Shown here piece after piece: positions 24,401 through 36,112 of a stretch of 64,000 nucleotides of DNA. The stretch is from Marsupella aquatica (taxonomy: Eukaryota > Plantae > Marchantiophyta), in assembly GCA_973895155.1 (NCBI GenBank), contig OZ316891.1:20534169-20598168 (forward strand). Direction: 5' to 3'. A program made the translations under genes and the position numbers. The notes beneath the pieces were generated by a model that worked only from the letters and a program-made list of their open reading frames with translations, did no database searches and was not told the DNA's origin. Every line of letters starts with the position of its first letter. Positions within the stretch are counted from its first letter, which is position 1.

Positions 24401-26225
24401 ATATTCAAATATGTCTGATAACATAGAATTGCTTGTCTTGTGTTTGGCTTGAATGTTCAAGAGCCCCAATATGGCAGAAAGACGGCTTAACCGAGCACCC
24501 TCAAAAATAGGTGTTCGAGCATGTTCCTCTGCCTCTTTCCATTGTTGTTGTCCCTCTGGAGTATGTTGTGGCCATGGGTCATTTGAAGGGCCAACCTCAT
24601 GACCAATGTGAGGCACATCATCCTCAACATCGGCACCAAACCAATCAACCATGAAGTCATCCATGGCTCTATCTTGATCATGCATGACCTGGTCATCAGT
24701 CCGAGGTGCGGCTTCCTCATCAGCACCACCTACATCATTACTTGATGAGGAATCACCCTCTGATGGTTCTCCCTCTTCTGGCATACCCATCTCCCGATAT
24801 GTTGCTCTCAACCTTCGTGGTAACATTTGTTGAGATGGTTGCGCATTCTATGCACATTACAACCAAAAAACCTCCTCATGTATATTTGACCAAGTACAAC
24901 AAATTAAAATAGACTTAACACCATTCATTCAAGACATTAAGAATTAAAGTAAATGCATGGGCTAAAACCTTATTACTCCAAAATGAGCCCAAAGGCCATA
25001 TATATAATAGTAAATGGGAAGTCCAAAATAGGTGCAAGAGGATAAAGGACATGATTTCCTAATCCCACTCATAGTGTGTGAATAACTCATCTCCTGCTCT
25101 AATGGTCCTAGTAGCAAGAACTAAGCAATGGTCCTTATGATATGTCGTGCCATATGGTGCCGGCATTGGACCATCAGTAAAAACCCACTCACAATTGGCC
25201 CTACGCTTGGGCCGAGTCCCCACAGTACTATTTATGAAACCAGCAATATTCCCATTATGTATGGGATCACCATCTATCACCCGCTGCTCACTATACATTC
25301 TAGTGCTACCATCAAAAGTATCCATCTCTAGAGCATATGTTTTCCACTCAGGATGTTGTGCAAGGATCATGTTCCAATGTCTTCTCTTGTAGATGGGTCC
25401 ACCGTATGGGAACAAAATAGGACCCTCTCTACCACGAACACTTGACCCACCCTCCTCATCCATGATGATATCCTCACAAGCAAATACTCCATATCCATGT
25501 CTCTCTCCAAGTGTGGAAGTTTTCACAATCCAACGTCTACCCCAAACCACAATCTCCTCATCAAAATCTGTAAAATAAGGCAAGCCAAGAGTGATAGGTT
25601 CCCAATCCTTGATGATAGAGGCACACTTGCCAGTGAATGAACAAACACCCCACCTACCCTGAACTAGTGTTCTGGATGGGTCATTGGGTGCTCGTGGCCT
25701 CCTGTTGGATTGGGGCCTGGACCGGGGTCTTCGTGTCTCAGTGGGCACATGAGGGTGTTCCCCTTCTGTCCCATGACTGGTACTAATTCCCAAACCCAAG
25801 GCTTGTGAAAGTGCATTGCCTATAGCATCTAAAACTCCTTGTGATGGGACATAGGGTGGTGGTGTCACCAATCTACGCATACTGGATCCCTATTCCATGC
25901 AAACACCCACAAACAACCAAATGTGCAAACCATATGTGTAAACATTGATTCACCTCTAAAAATAACAGTAAAGAACGGCAATCAATTGAAACAAACTTAC
26001 CATATGGGATGAAGAAGCCCCGGGAGTAAGACCTCTATGACGTCCATATCTCTCAATATGTTGAGCACACACATAAGATTTTTGAGAAATTTGGCCCACA
26101 CATCTGGTGCAGTCACAAAGTCTTCGGGGTGGACCACGAGGACCAGTAACCTCGGGCTGAGGAGGAGGGGGTATATCGTCATCGGAGGAGTACTCACTAT
26201 TGGATAGTTTAGAGGAAGAGGACAT
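21454..26225 (-). pseudogene. CACTA TnpD/Tnp2 (Transposase_21-type) transposase, disabled. Exons about 26225-26001, 24847-23671, 23573-22111, ~21960-21454
   Basis: Cys-cluster first exon (LCDCTRC), IHACVNDCMLF, RLGLASDG, SVWPVVLMNYNLPPW, MHDYPG, HLLDPMHIEGNV, PPSFFDCQVHLLVHL, RWMYWLERYM, FKCKWF. Premature stops near 22957, 22885 and 21595. The acceptor at 23575-23574 reads AA instead of AG. Confidence 0.9.
25059..25889 (-). CDS. SET-domain protein exon inside CACTA transposase intron 1 (putative lysine methyltransferase)
   Basis: Uninterrupted 273-aa ORF with SET motifs VKTSTLGERHGYGVFACEDI, YGGPIY, IDGDPIHNGNIAGFINS, ANCEWV, LVLATRTIRAGDELFTHY. AG acceptor at 25891-25890 is in phase 0 with the exon-1 donor at 26000. 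Confidence 0.82.
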   Translation of the reverse strand, partial: GSSMRRLVTPPPYVPSQGVLDAIGNALSQALGLGISTSHGTEGEHPHVPTETRRPRSRPQSNRRPRAPNDPSRTLVQGRWGVCSFTGKCASIIKDWEPITLGLPYFTDFDEEIVVWGRRWIVKTSTLGERHGYGVFACEDIIMDEEGGSSVRGREGPILFPYGGPIYKRRHWNMILAQHPEWKTYALEMDTFDGSTRMYSEQRVIDGDPIHNGNIAGFINSTVGTRPKRRANCEWVFTDGPMPAPYGTTYHKDHCLVLATRTIRAGDELFTHYEWD

Positions 26226-26329
26226 ATCCACTGCCACATTACATTGCATGTAGGGCGTGATTAGGAAAAATTAGGCCATATATAAAGCGATTTTAAAAAA
26301 AATGAACTCAAAAAACAATTAGGTTGGTT

Positions 26330-27400
26330 TATACATGGGGTTTTATTACCCTTTTATATTTGTTAGCATGAAACCCAAATTAAGGTGAGTGTCATGCAAG
26401 AAGAAACCACATTATAACCTTTGGGAAAATTGTAATACCCTATGTCCTAAGTGAGGTTAGATTATTACCTGAATGAGACCCGGGCTCAACAGTGCCTATA
26501 GGTCACGTGGCTTTTGGAACATTTGCCAAATCTAGAAGTAGGAGGAAAATACTGGAAACAAAATGTAAGTTTGGATGGTAATTAGCAGCCGTCAAGTTGT
26601 GGAATCTTAGACATTTACCCACATATATCATGACACAACAAAGTTTAGGGCAAGCATAAAAATCTGTACTAACAACATTGACTGTATACATGATGTTATA
26701 CCTTTTAGATGCCCGGGTTCCCACAATGCATATGCATTAGACAAAAGTTGAGGTAGTAGTGTTGGCCCTGCGTTGTATCATGATTACATGGGTTTTCCCC
26801 TCAATTGTTAGCATAAAACCCTAAACCCTAAACCCTTATCCCCCCTCGAGTGAAAGGTGAGTGTCATGCAATAAAAACCCACCCTAGACCCCTGGGAAAA
26901 CTCTAAAGGCCTAAGCCCAGAATGAAGTTGGACAATAATTACCTGAATGAGATCCGGACTCAATAGTGCCTGTAGGTCGTGTGGCTCATTGAACATGAGC
27001 TGAATCTAGAAGCACGAGGAAAATACTGGAAACAAAAAAGTAAGTTTGGATAGCCATTAGCTTCTCTCAAGTTGTAGACCCCCAAACATGTGCATATAGA
27101 TATTCTTGCACAACAAAGAAGGGCAAGGTTTATGAACAATCTCTTTATCAAATCCTGCTAACATACATGTTTAAATATACCTTTTAGATGTCCGGGTTCC
27201 CACAATGCATATGCATTAGACAAAAGTTGAGGAAGCAGTGATGGTCCTGCACTGGATCATGATTACATGGGATTTCCCTCAATTGTTAGCATAAAAACCA
27301 AAACCTCATCCCGCTTCAAGTGAAAGGTGAGTGTCATGCAATAAAAACCCACCATAGACCCTTGGGAACTCTAAAAGCGTAAGCCAATGAAGTTAGCAAA
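26330..27400 (+). repeat. Internal CACTA tandem repeat (~450-480-bp unit, about 2.3 copies)
   Basis: tgttagcat.aaacc...aaggtgagtgtcatgcaa at about 26361, 26806 and 27284; ataccttttagatg.ccgggttcccacaatgcatatgcattagac occurs twice. Confidence 0.88.
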
Positions 27401-28138
27401 AACCTAAATGGTCAATTCCCTTCAACCATCCTATGCTTCTCTCTACCATAATTATATGCCACCCCTCTTGGTTACCCTCCTAAGATACCATAAAAGTAAC
27501 CCAAGATACTATAAAATTGAAACCTCTCTTTCAAACCCTCCTAAGTTGGCCTAAACCCCAAAACCCAAAACATAAAACCCCTCCTAGCTCTTACCCTCCA
27601 ATACATATAACCCCAACCTTCATAAATAAAACCCCCCTGCAAACCCAAAACATAAAACCCCTCGTATCTAAGCCAATCTAAGCCCAACCTTCACAAAAGA
27701 AACCCTCCCCTAACCAGGCCAAACCCCCTCCTCTTACCCTGCAATATAACTCCTTCAATTTTCTAACCCCCCCAATCCTTATCTCATCACATCCCACTAA
27801 AATGCAACATAATCCTCTACATCTACCCCATTTAATGTTCATAAGCCCCCTTAGTATCCCTAACAACACATCAAATACGTATGCGAGACGGGGGTTATGG
27901 CAAAACCAAATAGCGAAGGCTTTTGCGAATCTTGAAGCTTCGCAAAGATAGAATTTGTGAAGCTTTTTGCGAAGGCCGATGCATCGCAAACTGCGATGCA
28001 AAACGAATCGCAAAGCCCAATATTTTGAATCCTTATGGATTGCCGAGCGCGGACAAGGCGGATTCAGTTCATTCAGGCCTGAGGAGAGCAACGAGGGCAA
28101 GGGCGGAGCGATGGCGAGCGAAGAGGGGACTGGTGGTG

Positions 28139-30215
28139 ATGGAGGGGCTTCTGGCAGCAGCGGAGGCAACCAAGGAGGGGGATCGATTGAAGGCGATTGT
28201 GGATGAGCATTTTTTGGTTGCACAGTTGAGTCAAATTGATTTCACCAGTCCAGCAGGGCTGGCATCATTGAGTGCCCTTCTGGGCCAAGCCTTGCAAGCA
28301 GGTCTCATTGCAGGACAAGCAGCAGTGGAGGAGGATGCAAGGAAGGCAGCAGAGCAGGCGGCTGCTGAGAGGAAGCGAAAGAGGGACGAGAGAGCTCAAG
28401 CTGGAGTGCTCTCGCCTCAAGCATTGGAAAAGAAGAGGAGGAAAGATGAGAGAGACCTGATCAGGAAACAGAGGGAGGAGCAAAGAAAGAAGGAGGCAGC
28501 AAGGAGGAAGCTACCTCTGATTACTTTAGAGGATGAGGGGATTCCCACCGAGCTTGCTTACAATGGGGCCAAGAGCACAATCAGGCACATTGTATCCACA
28601 AATTTTGCAAGAGGAGTCGAGTGGGGCACTCGCTCAAAGGCAGAGCAGAAGCGAGTCATCAATCAGGTGAAAGATGCATTTCGAAATGGAGGAGAGATGG
28701 ATTCACAGTGGCTTGCTGACAAAATTTCAAACTCCATGTCACAAGCTAGATACCATGATAGAATGAAGATCAGGTCTCACCTTAGAGATTTGGAGGAGTA
28801 TAGGAATTTGCAGAGGCCGCTGCAATTCTCAGAAGATATCTGGCAGGCCTTCTACCAGACAGAGGTGAAGTTGAAAGCAGCCAGGCTCCTCAATGATTTC
28901 ACAGAGAAGCTGGCAAAGGCTCGAAGGGCAAAGGAGGCCGGGAAGTCTGACCGGGACCTGAAGGTGATGGAGCAGAAGGTAGCCCAGCTCCAGCAGGTTG
29001 TAGCAGAAGTAGGCGATCCACCCAACAAGTTCCTGAAGGCAGCTGAGCGAGTCCGAGACAAGCCCAACATCACCCACAGGCTGGGTCAAGGTGGCCTCCC
29101 CGGCCTCAAAGCAGCATTCGTGAGTGCACCTCCCTCTCCTCCCTTGACTTCTTGCTACTCCAATTCCTATTCCAACACACCTGCAATGAGCCAACTCTTT
29201 CTTGCATTTCCACCAAGTAGTTACAATTAGACTTGTTGTGTCAGATTAGGTCACGTACAGTTGCTTCCCTCTCGGGTTTTTGCCATGACAGAGTTTGCGA
29301 TACATTTGCGATGCGGGTAGCTTCGCAAATCCTTCGCAAACCTTATTATGCCCTTTTTTGCTTACGTTTGCGAAGGCGTTGCAAAGACGTTCGCATCGCA
29401 ACCAGCTTCGCAAACGTAATTGTCCTTATGATTGCGAAGCTGGCGCCTTCGCAAAATTTCAAAAATTTGAATTTTTAAATTTTCCGATCGTTTAAGTGTT
29501 CTTTGAGGGTCTTCCCCATATATGCCACCCTCCATAACCCCAAAACCTTGATGCACCACCCCACCAACCCCAACAAACCCCCTAATTTTTAGAAGCCATG
29601 TGAATCGGGTTATGGGTTGGTGTTAACCCAATTGTGCTGGTTTTGTTTTGGCTTAGTACAAGAGGTACAAGAGGAAGATTACGGCGGCTGAGATGGAGGT
29701 GGGCCAGAAACATGGGAAGGAGCATCTCTTTCAGCAAGTTGATGAATTATTGGTGAGAATTTTTAGGTTATTACATTCATTGCAATTTTGAATGAATATC
29801 TCTTTTGTTCACACTTGTAAAGAATATGAGACTAACAGACACCCTGGTTTGCTAATGGAAGCAGGGAGGGGAGGATGGTGACTCCCATACCGAGGGTGGC
29901 ACCGATAGTAGTGATGAGGATGTGGAGGGGACAGGGGAGGGGAGCACAGCTCCTGCTACTCAAGCCAGGCCAACTAGTACTGGAGACCAGTCATTTGCAT
30001 CAGCACGTTCCAGTGGTGCTGGGGGTGGTAGCGCGGCAAGCCAGGGCGGTGGAGGTGGGGATGAGGATGAGGATGAGGATGAGGATGACCCCGAGGGTGA
30101 CCAAGAGGAGGAGGAAGTCCAGGTTGCACCCCCCCAAGAGCACACAAGGGCAAGGAGAAGGCCAAGGGGAAGAAGGCAAGGAGGGGCAGGAACACTCCTT
30201 TCTAGCTCGATGTAG
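28139..30215 (+). CDS. CACTA accessory ORF2 (TnpA/Ptta-En-Spm-like), divergent from the transposase. Exons ~28139-29119, 29657-29752, 29865-30215; start uncertain (alternative ATG at 28111 would need a frameshift)
   Basis: Long charged coiled-coil ORF with NLS-like KRKR/KKRRK and an HRLGQGGL motif resembling the H-x-x-G motif of En/Spm TnpA-like proteins. GT-AG junctions join the three exons in phase 0. Acidic low-complexity tail. Confidence 0.65.
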
Positions 30216-31402
30216 ACAAGTTGTAGCTAGAGCACTTACATCGAGTTCACATGTATAGCGATCAGCATGCATGGCCGTGGCACTTTACCTAAGGGTTTTT
30301 ACCCTTCCATTTTGTAACTTTTGTACTTTTTCAGTAATGCCATTTTAATTGCGGCAGACTGGGTCAACATCACTTTCCTCCCTCCTTCAAAACCCATGAA
30401 TGGTCTCCCTCACCCTCACCCTAACCCAAATACACAAAAACCCATGAAATATACATTTTGCAAAGCTTTTGAGAACCAACCCCCATCTCAAAGAGCCACG
30501 GTGAACGTATCGCAACCATTCCGAGGAGAAACGCATCGCAACACTTGCGATGTTGTCTAAATCACAACCCTAGCAAAGACTTCCTCTCCACACGTTTGCG
30601 AGTTAAATGCCTTCGCAACAAAGCGGTCATCCGCTTCTCGCAATCTTACGAGTTTGTTTGCATCGCAAGTTATAGAGAAATTTAACATCGGAAATTGCTA
30701 TGTAAATGTTATCGCAACGCGAGCGATTCATTTGTTCTCACAAAATAATGAAATTTGTCATTTCTCAATATTTGCAAGGACAGTACCGTCGCAACGTTGC
30801 GAAGATGTTGCGACGTATTTAGAATCGCAAGTTGCGAAGTAGTTGCGAAGGGCCGTTTGCGAAGAATTTGAGATGGGAAGTAGCGAAGACGTTGCGATGC
30901 GAGTAAGTTCGCAAATTGGGTATTTTGGATTTTGTTTCCTTTGTATGATGCGAAGGGTGGTGGTTCGCAAAAGAGGTGCATAGTGTTGTAGTGGCAGTTG
31001 TAGTGCAAGTAGAGTTATTTAGCAATGTATGACTATCTGTATATGGATTGCTCATTCCTGTTTGGCTACGGCTTAGTTCTAGTTAACCCTTAGTTAACCC
31101 TTGTGGTTTTTAGGGGGAGACTTGATTTGGTGATTGTCTAGAACTTCCCGCTGAGGATTCCATATGGTAGCATTTAGTCCAGTCCCCAAGACAAGAGTCA
31201 AGGGGAGTTTGTTAGATATTACTCTAGTCTTGTGACTCATGAGCTAACTACAGTTAGGCTAACTCGGGTTAGGACTTAGCTATTGTTAGCGGTAGTGCTG
31301 TTGTGTATATAGCCAGGGCTGATGCCAGACCCTGGTGGAACTTAGGCTCATTGTTACAGAGCTAGTTGAGAGATAGGGAGAGCTTGTGCTGTGGATGCTT
31401 GG

Positions 31403-34400
31403 TGTGATGCCTAGCCAGGAATCACTAGGCCGGTTTACATGGTAAAAGCAGGAGTGTACCCTGGAAACACCTTAGTATAGTAACAAGACAAGGAAAATAT
31501 AAACAATTAAGGGTGACTATGGAACCCGGGCCGAGGCCGAAAGTAAGGACGCTGGGGGAGAGAACACGATTAGGGTTAGGGCGCGCTAAGCGTCGGCGGC
31601 TAGGGGTGACCAACGGGAGGAAAGACCAGAGGAGGAGAGGGGTAAGGACCACTCGCGAGGAATAGTGGCTCATTTGCAAGCACGAACTGGGCAGACGACT
31701 ACGGGAGGCCAAATACTGTCAGCTGCTTAGGCAAGCACTCTGGGTGGGAACAGATACCAACAATCAAGTCAAGAAGGGTATGAGCAACGTCAATCAAGCG
31801 ACACATTTTTGGGGATGCCTGTTCGAACGGGCAACTGAGTACATTGGGACTTACGAGGATGAAGAATCAGAGAGAGCAGCTCAAGAACGGCAAGAGCTCG
31901 CTCGATTGTGGGAGCTATAGAAGTCTGCCTTCTTAGGAGGAGAACTCATCAAGGCTGAGTTCTTGCGGACTCCTACTGCCAATCAGCTCGATGACCTTCT
32001 GTTTTGCGAAGACAGAATCGTCGGCATTTGGGAAGCCATCAACCGCTGCAACGACGCGCACTGGGAGTTGAAGGGTAGCACGGAAGGGTGGACAAAGGCA
32101 ACTGTGCTAGGAGAAACATCCACGGCAGCCAAGATGAAGAGGAAAGGAAACAACAACAAAGAGGCCACCCCGGCAAAAAGAACGAGGTCGGCGGCACCAA
32201 GGAAACCAGCAGAGCAGCAGAACAAGAGGCAGGGAGAAGCCGAAGAGGAGGAGGTCGATCCCATCAATGCCATTCCAACAAATGATGACACCTAGAAAGG
32301 CTGGGCGGCGACCCTACCAGAGGAAGTGCAATTACATTTTGCACGGGAGGAGGATGCATGCTTTACGGCCATGCAGACCAAGAAGTACCAGGGTTTCATG
32401 GCCGGATCCGGCTTGGAAGCCTTTGTGAGATTACCATGCCTGAAGCCGGAGGTGCCGGACTCAGACTTATTAGAATTTGTGGGATCATGGGAACCCGAGA
32501 CCAATTCCATGAGGGTGTATGGGAAAGATTTCTATCTCACTCCCAAGGTGATTGCCGAGGTGTTTGGCTTGCCGATGGGTAATAAGACCAAGGTTGATAC
32601 CAGGAAGACCTTACCTGACAAGGAGTTTTGGTCGTTCCCAGGACCATCAACAAAGAATGGCTTCTTCCGGAACACCTACACCAACCCGCACATCGGAGAG
32701 ATGATCAATTTCTTGCGGGTGACCATGCATTGTAACTTGCCGAGGGCAGAGATTGGCAAGGCTCAGGTCTACCTAGCAGAAAGGCCAGATCCAAGCCAGG
32801 ATTACAACGGGTACCTCCTCAACCAACTGAAGAAGATCTTGAAGGAGGAACAGCAGGCGATCGGCGTGGGAAGCGTGTCCCGGCTTGGCTATCACATGTC
32901 GCTGTTGTGCCGGTATGCCATAAGTCAAATCTTTGCCCCAGTACTTCCCCTATGTGCAAGGGCACTGGAGGAGGTTCCGGAGCAGAGGCCGGCAACAGAA
33001 GAGCCCAACCAGCTTGCCAGTCCTACGATCGAGCAGGTGTTTTGGCCAAGGAAAGAAGACTTGCCGATGCAGCAATCAGGCATGCAGCAATCAGGCTGGA
33101 GAAGGAGACAACGGCACCAGCAACGGCAATGGCACCGGTACAGGACACTGCCCCAGAGGTCGGCCTAACCCGACTCAGGAGGGAAAACCCCTTTACCGGA
33201 GCCAAGGAGAGAAGGAGGCCGGAACACAAGCTGGGAGTGCGAATGTTTGTGGGAGCCTCAAGCCCCGAATCAGAGGCAGAGCAGCTTAAGGCTCCTTCCC
33301 ACGGAGAGCAAAGGGAGAGGACAGCCTGGAACCCAGAGGAGGAACAAGGGCCCGTGATCTGTGAGGCCGTTTTCACTGCAGGACCAGGGGAACAGAGGGG
33401 GAAGCAGGGAGTCCAAGCATTGGAGGAGGCGGTGGAGGACTACAGCAATGATAACTCCAGCTATGGGTCAGATCATCATGTTCCAGGAGTAAGGACCTGT
33501 GGCTGATTTATCCCCACGCTTCCAAGAGTAGTTCGAGGGGACCCCACCCAGCAGAGTAGCCCCGAGTCTCCCCCACCAGAGGTTGCTCCCCCGAGCTTTG
33601 ATGGCATAAAGCAGACGGCACAAGACTTTCAGGAGCGACTTAGGGAGGAAGAGAGGGCAGCCCTGGCTAGGGAGAAAGATTTACCAGGAGGAGATTGGCC
33701 GAAGGACATCAGTCGGCTTGCCGAAAAAAGAAGCAACCCTCTTGCCACCGTAGAAGAAATCCGCAAGGCGGCTTGGGAACAGAGGCCGAGGTGGTTGTTG
33801 CCGATGACTTCTACTTACTCCACCTATGCTAAGGATAGAGCCATGGAGTACGGGGAGATGTGTGGGGACCTGGCGCTCAGCATCTTTGGGGAGGACTTGG
33901 AGCAAGGACCTTTCTTCCAGAGGGAGAGGTTGGAGAAGCACCGATTAGAAGAAGCGATGGCTTTGGAGAGAAGCAAGAAGGACGAGGTCATTCGGCGGCT
34001 TAGGAAGAAGGAAGCCGAGGTGGAAGTCCTGCAGGCGGCCAAGAAAGCCCAAGATGAGCTGCGGATTAAGCGGCATGAGCTAAACATCATGCAGGGGCAG
34101 TTGGATACCGCTCAGTCTGACAATCAGATTATCAAAGATAAACTGACTCGGACCCAAGGAGAGTTGGCCGGCGCAGTCAAGGAAAGAGAGAAATGGAAGC
34201 GGGAGCTAAGGGACGCAGAGGAGGCCCACTTAACCGCCAACAACCGGGCCATGGCGGAGACTCAAAGAAGGGAGAGGGCGTTGAAAGGAGAGCTCGAAGA
34301 TATCCGTGGAGCCCTTGAGCAGAAGGAAGCAGAGTTAGGGAAATCCTATCAAGGGATTATTGCGCTGCAGCAGGAGCTTGCGTCCCTGACAGCCAGCTTC

Positions 34401-36112
34401 AAGGCCGACCTGCGTGAAAAGGACGACCAGCTCGACCAGACTTATGCCAAGATGAATAAGATGGAGTCTGTGGTCGTAGCAGAGCTCGACAAGGAGCTAA
34501 GAGCAACCCAGGAGGAGAGAGCTACCTTAAAGAAAGAATTGGAGGAAGCCAAAAAGGAGCTGGAGGAGGCGTGCAAAGACCTGGACGAGACCCAGGAGGA
34601 GTTGGAGGAAATCACGAGGAAGATGGAGAACCTACAGCGGCGGGCCGACATCCAAACGGAGTGGCTGAAGAAACAAGCCGCAGTATTTAAATGCTTGGCT
34701 TCATCAGGTCCAACTCCAATTGGGGCAACCCAGTTACCAGGGGTAGTATTGGCCGAAGGACAAGCCGAGACACTCACCCCGGTGCCGGAGGTAAGTGGCA
34801 AGGGGAAGGAACCGGCTGTCGAAGTAGGGAAGAAGAAGAAGCGGAAACCTTCTAGGTCTGGGAGTTATACGACTTCTCAAGCCGTTGTGACCGAGAAGAT
34901 AAACCCGGCACCAACCTCCGGCATCGACACGGCGATGGATCCACCAATCCTAGGAAGTGGGGATGGCAAGGCCGAGGCCGGGACAACCAGTAGTGAAGCC
35001 GAGGTACCAGATCCTCCACTAGAACATGTCGGGGAGGCCGTGGCCGATGCTGAGGCCGAAGCCGAGGGTGGACCCAGTCAAGCCGATGAAGAGTTGACTC
35101 GGTCCGGGGCAGGTAATATGTCAGAGGATGGACCGACGGTAGTGGCTGCGGGGGAAGCATTGGGGGCGTCCATTGAGGATCCGCCACTGGTTTCGTGACG
35201 ATGCAAGGGCGCCATTCCTTTTAGGAAGGGCGGACGTGGAGGCAGGAGGCGTGAGTGGGCAGGGCGGGCGCTGATCTCCAAGTTTAGACTAAGGATCAGG
35301 ATCAGGAGACGGCCCTGACACTTAGATTAGTGGGATTGCGGATCCACGAGTAAGGGCGATACTTGTGCTCTTGCCTCGCTATACACAGGTAGATTACAGT
35401 TAGGTAGATTACAGATAAGTAGATTAGGCTTACGTTGCAAGGAATCAGGCGGATCCACAACCAGGATAAGTACCTGGGCTGCGGGGAGTTCGGGGCCTCT
35501 TCTTTAGCAAGTTTTTAGTTGCACCAGCAGGGCTGGGATCAAGTAGTAAGAGAAGCTCTTGGTTAGTTATACAGTGACCCTTGTGTATATTCATGTTTCC
35601 TCATGCCTAAGAACTGAATAGAGTTGGCCTCACGGCTTAGTTTGTAGAGCTTGTGTATGAGATGTACTGTTTGTATGGCAAGTGCATGGTATAACTCAGT
35701 CAGAAGGAGTCATTTTGCTATTTGTGTGTCGCATTAACTTGTGTGAAGAGTGCCCACATCAAAGAAGGGAAGTAGCAAAGGAGTGAGAGATGGATGTGTC
35801 GAGCTGAGAGAGGTCTTAGCGGCTTAACCAAGCCAATTGGGGATCATTTCGGCGGCAGAATCCAAACATACCTAATGGAAGACCAGGAGAGGAATACAAG
35901 GGAGGGCCTAGAATAGGCCGGCTAAGTATCTCATGACCCGATGAAGGATCTGTCCAATATATGTGTGTAAAATGTTAATAGTAGTAGTAGAGGGGATTAA
36001 CAGCATCCCATGCCGCTAAGCCGCAGAAACGGCCTCGTCGAGGATGAAACCTGTGGGAATCGGCTTGTGTGGGGGGGTTTCTTGGGTTTGGGGAGCCATG
36101 GGAAGCACCACA
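31403..36112. mobile_element. 4.7-kb TG...CA element (giant solo LTR or deleted Ty3/gypsy-like derivative) inserted in the copia 3' LTR
   Basis: TGTGATGC...GCACCACA termini (7/8 inverted match) with 5-bp TSD CTTGG (31398-31402 and 36113-36117). Removing it restores the copia LTR as seen in the 5' copy. Confidence 0.85.
31519..35198 (+). pseudogene. Degraded long ORF (~1200 aa) of the TG...CA insert: plant-mobile-domain-like N-terminal half plus long coiled coil and acidic tail
   Basis: ATG 31519, ORF 31963-32295 and ORF 32326-33168 share one frame, interrupted by TAG codons. Frameshifts lead to the 32907-33506 and 33795-35198 frames. LLEFVGSW...RVYGKDFYLTPKVIAEVFGLP resembles gypsy-associated accessory/PMD-like domains (inference). 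Confidence 0.6.

Larger units (their letters stand above)
20100..30993 (-). mobile_element. CACTA/En-Spm DNA transposon (10.9 kb) nested in the copia pol end
   Basis: Left end CACTACTACA at 20100 and right end TTGTAGTG at 30993, with 3-bp TSD GCA (20097-20099 and 30994-30996). Dense subterminal TCGCAA/TTGCGA motifs at ~20120-20650 and ~30500-30970. Tnp2 transposase inside. Confidence 0.93.

Noticed and set aside
35975-36000. PPT-like agaggggatt suggesting a short 3' LTR within the TG...CA insert
   Set aside because: It is not followed by TG or by a repeat of the 31403 end.
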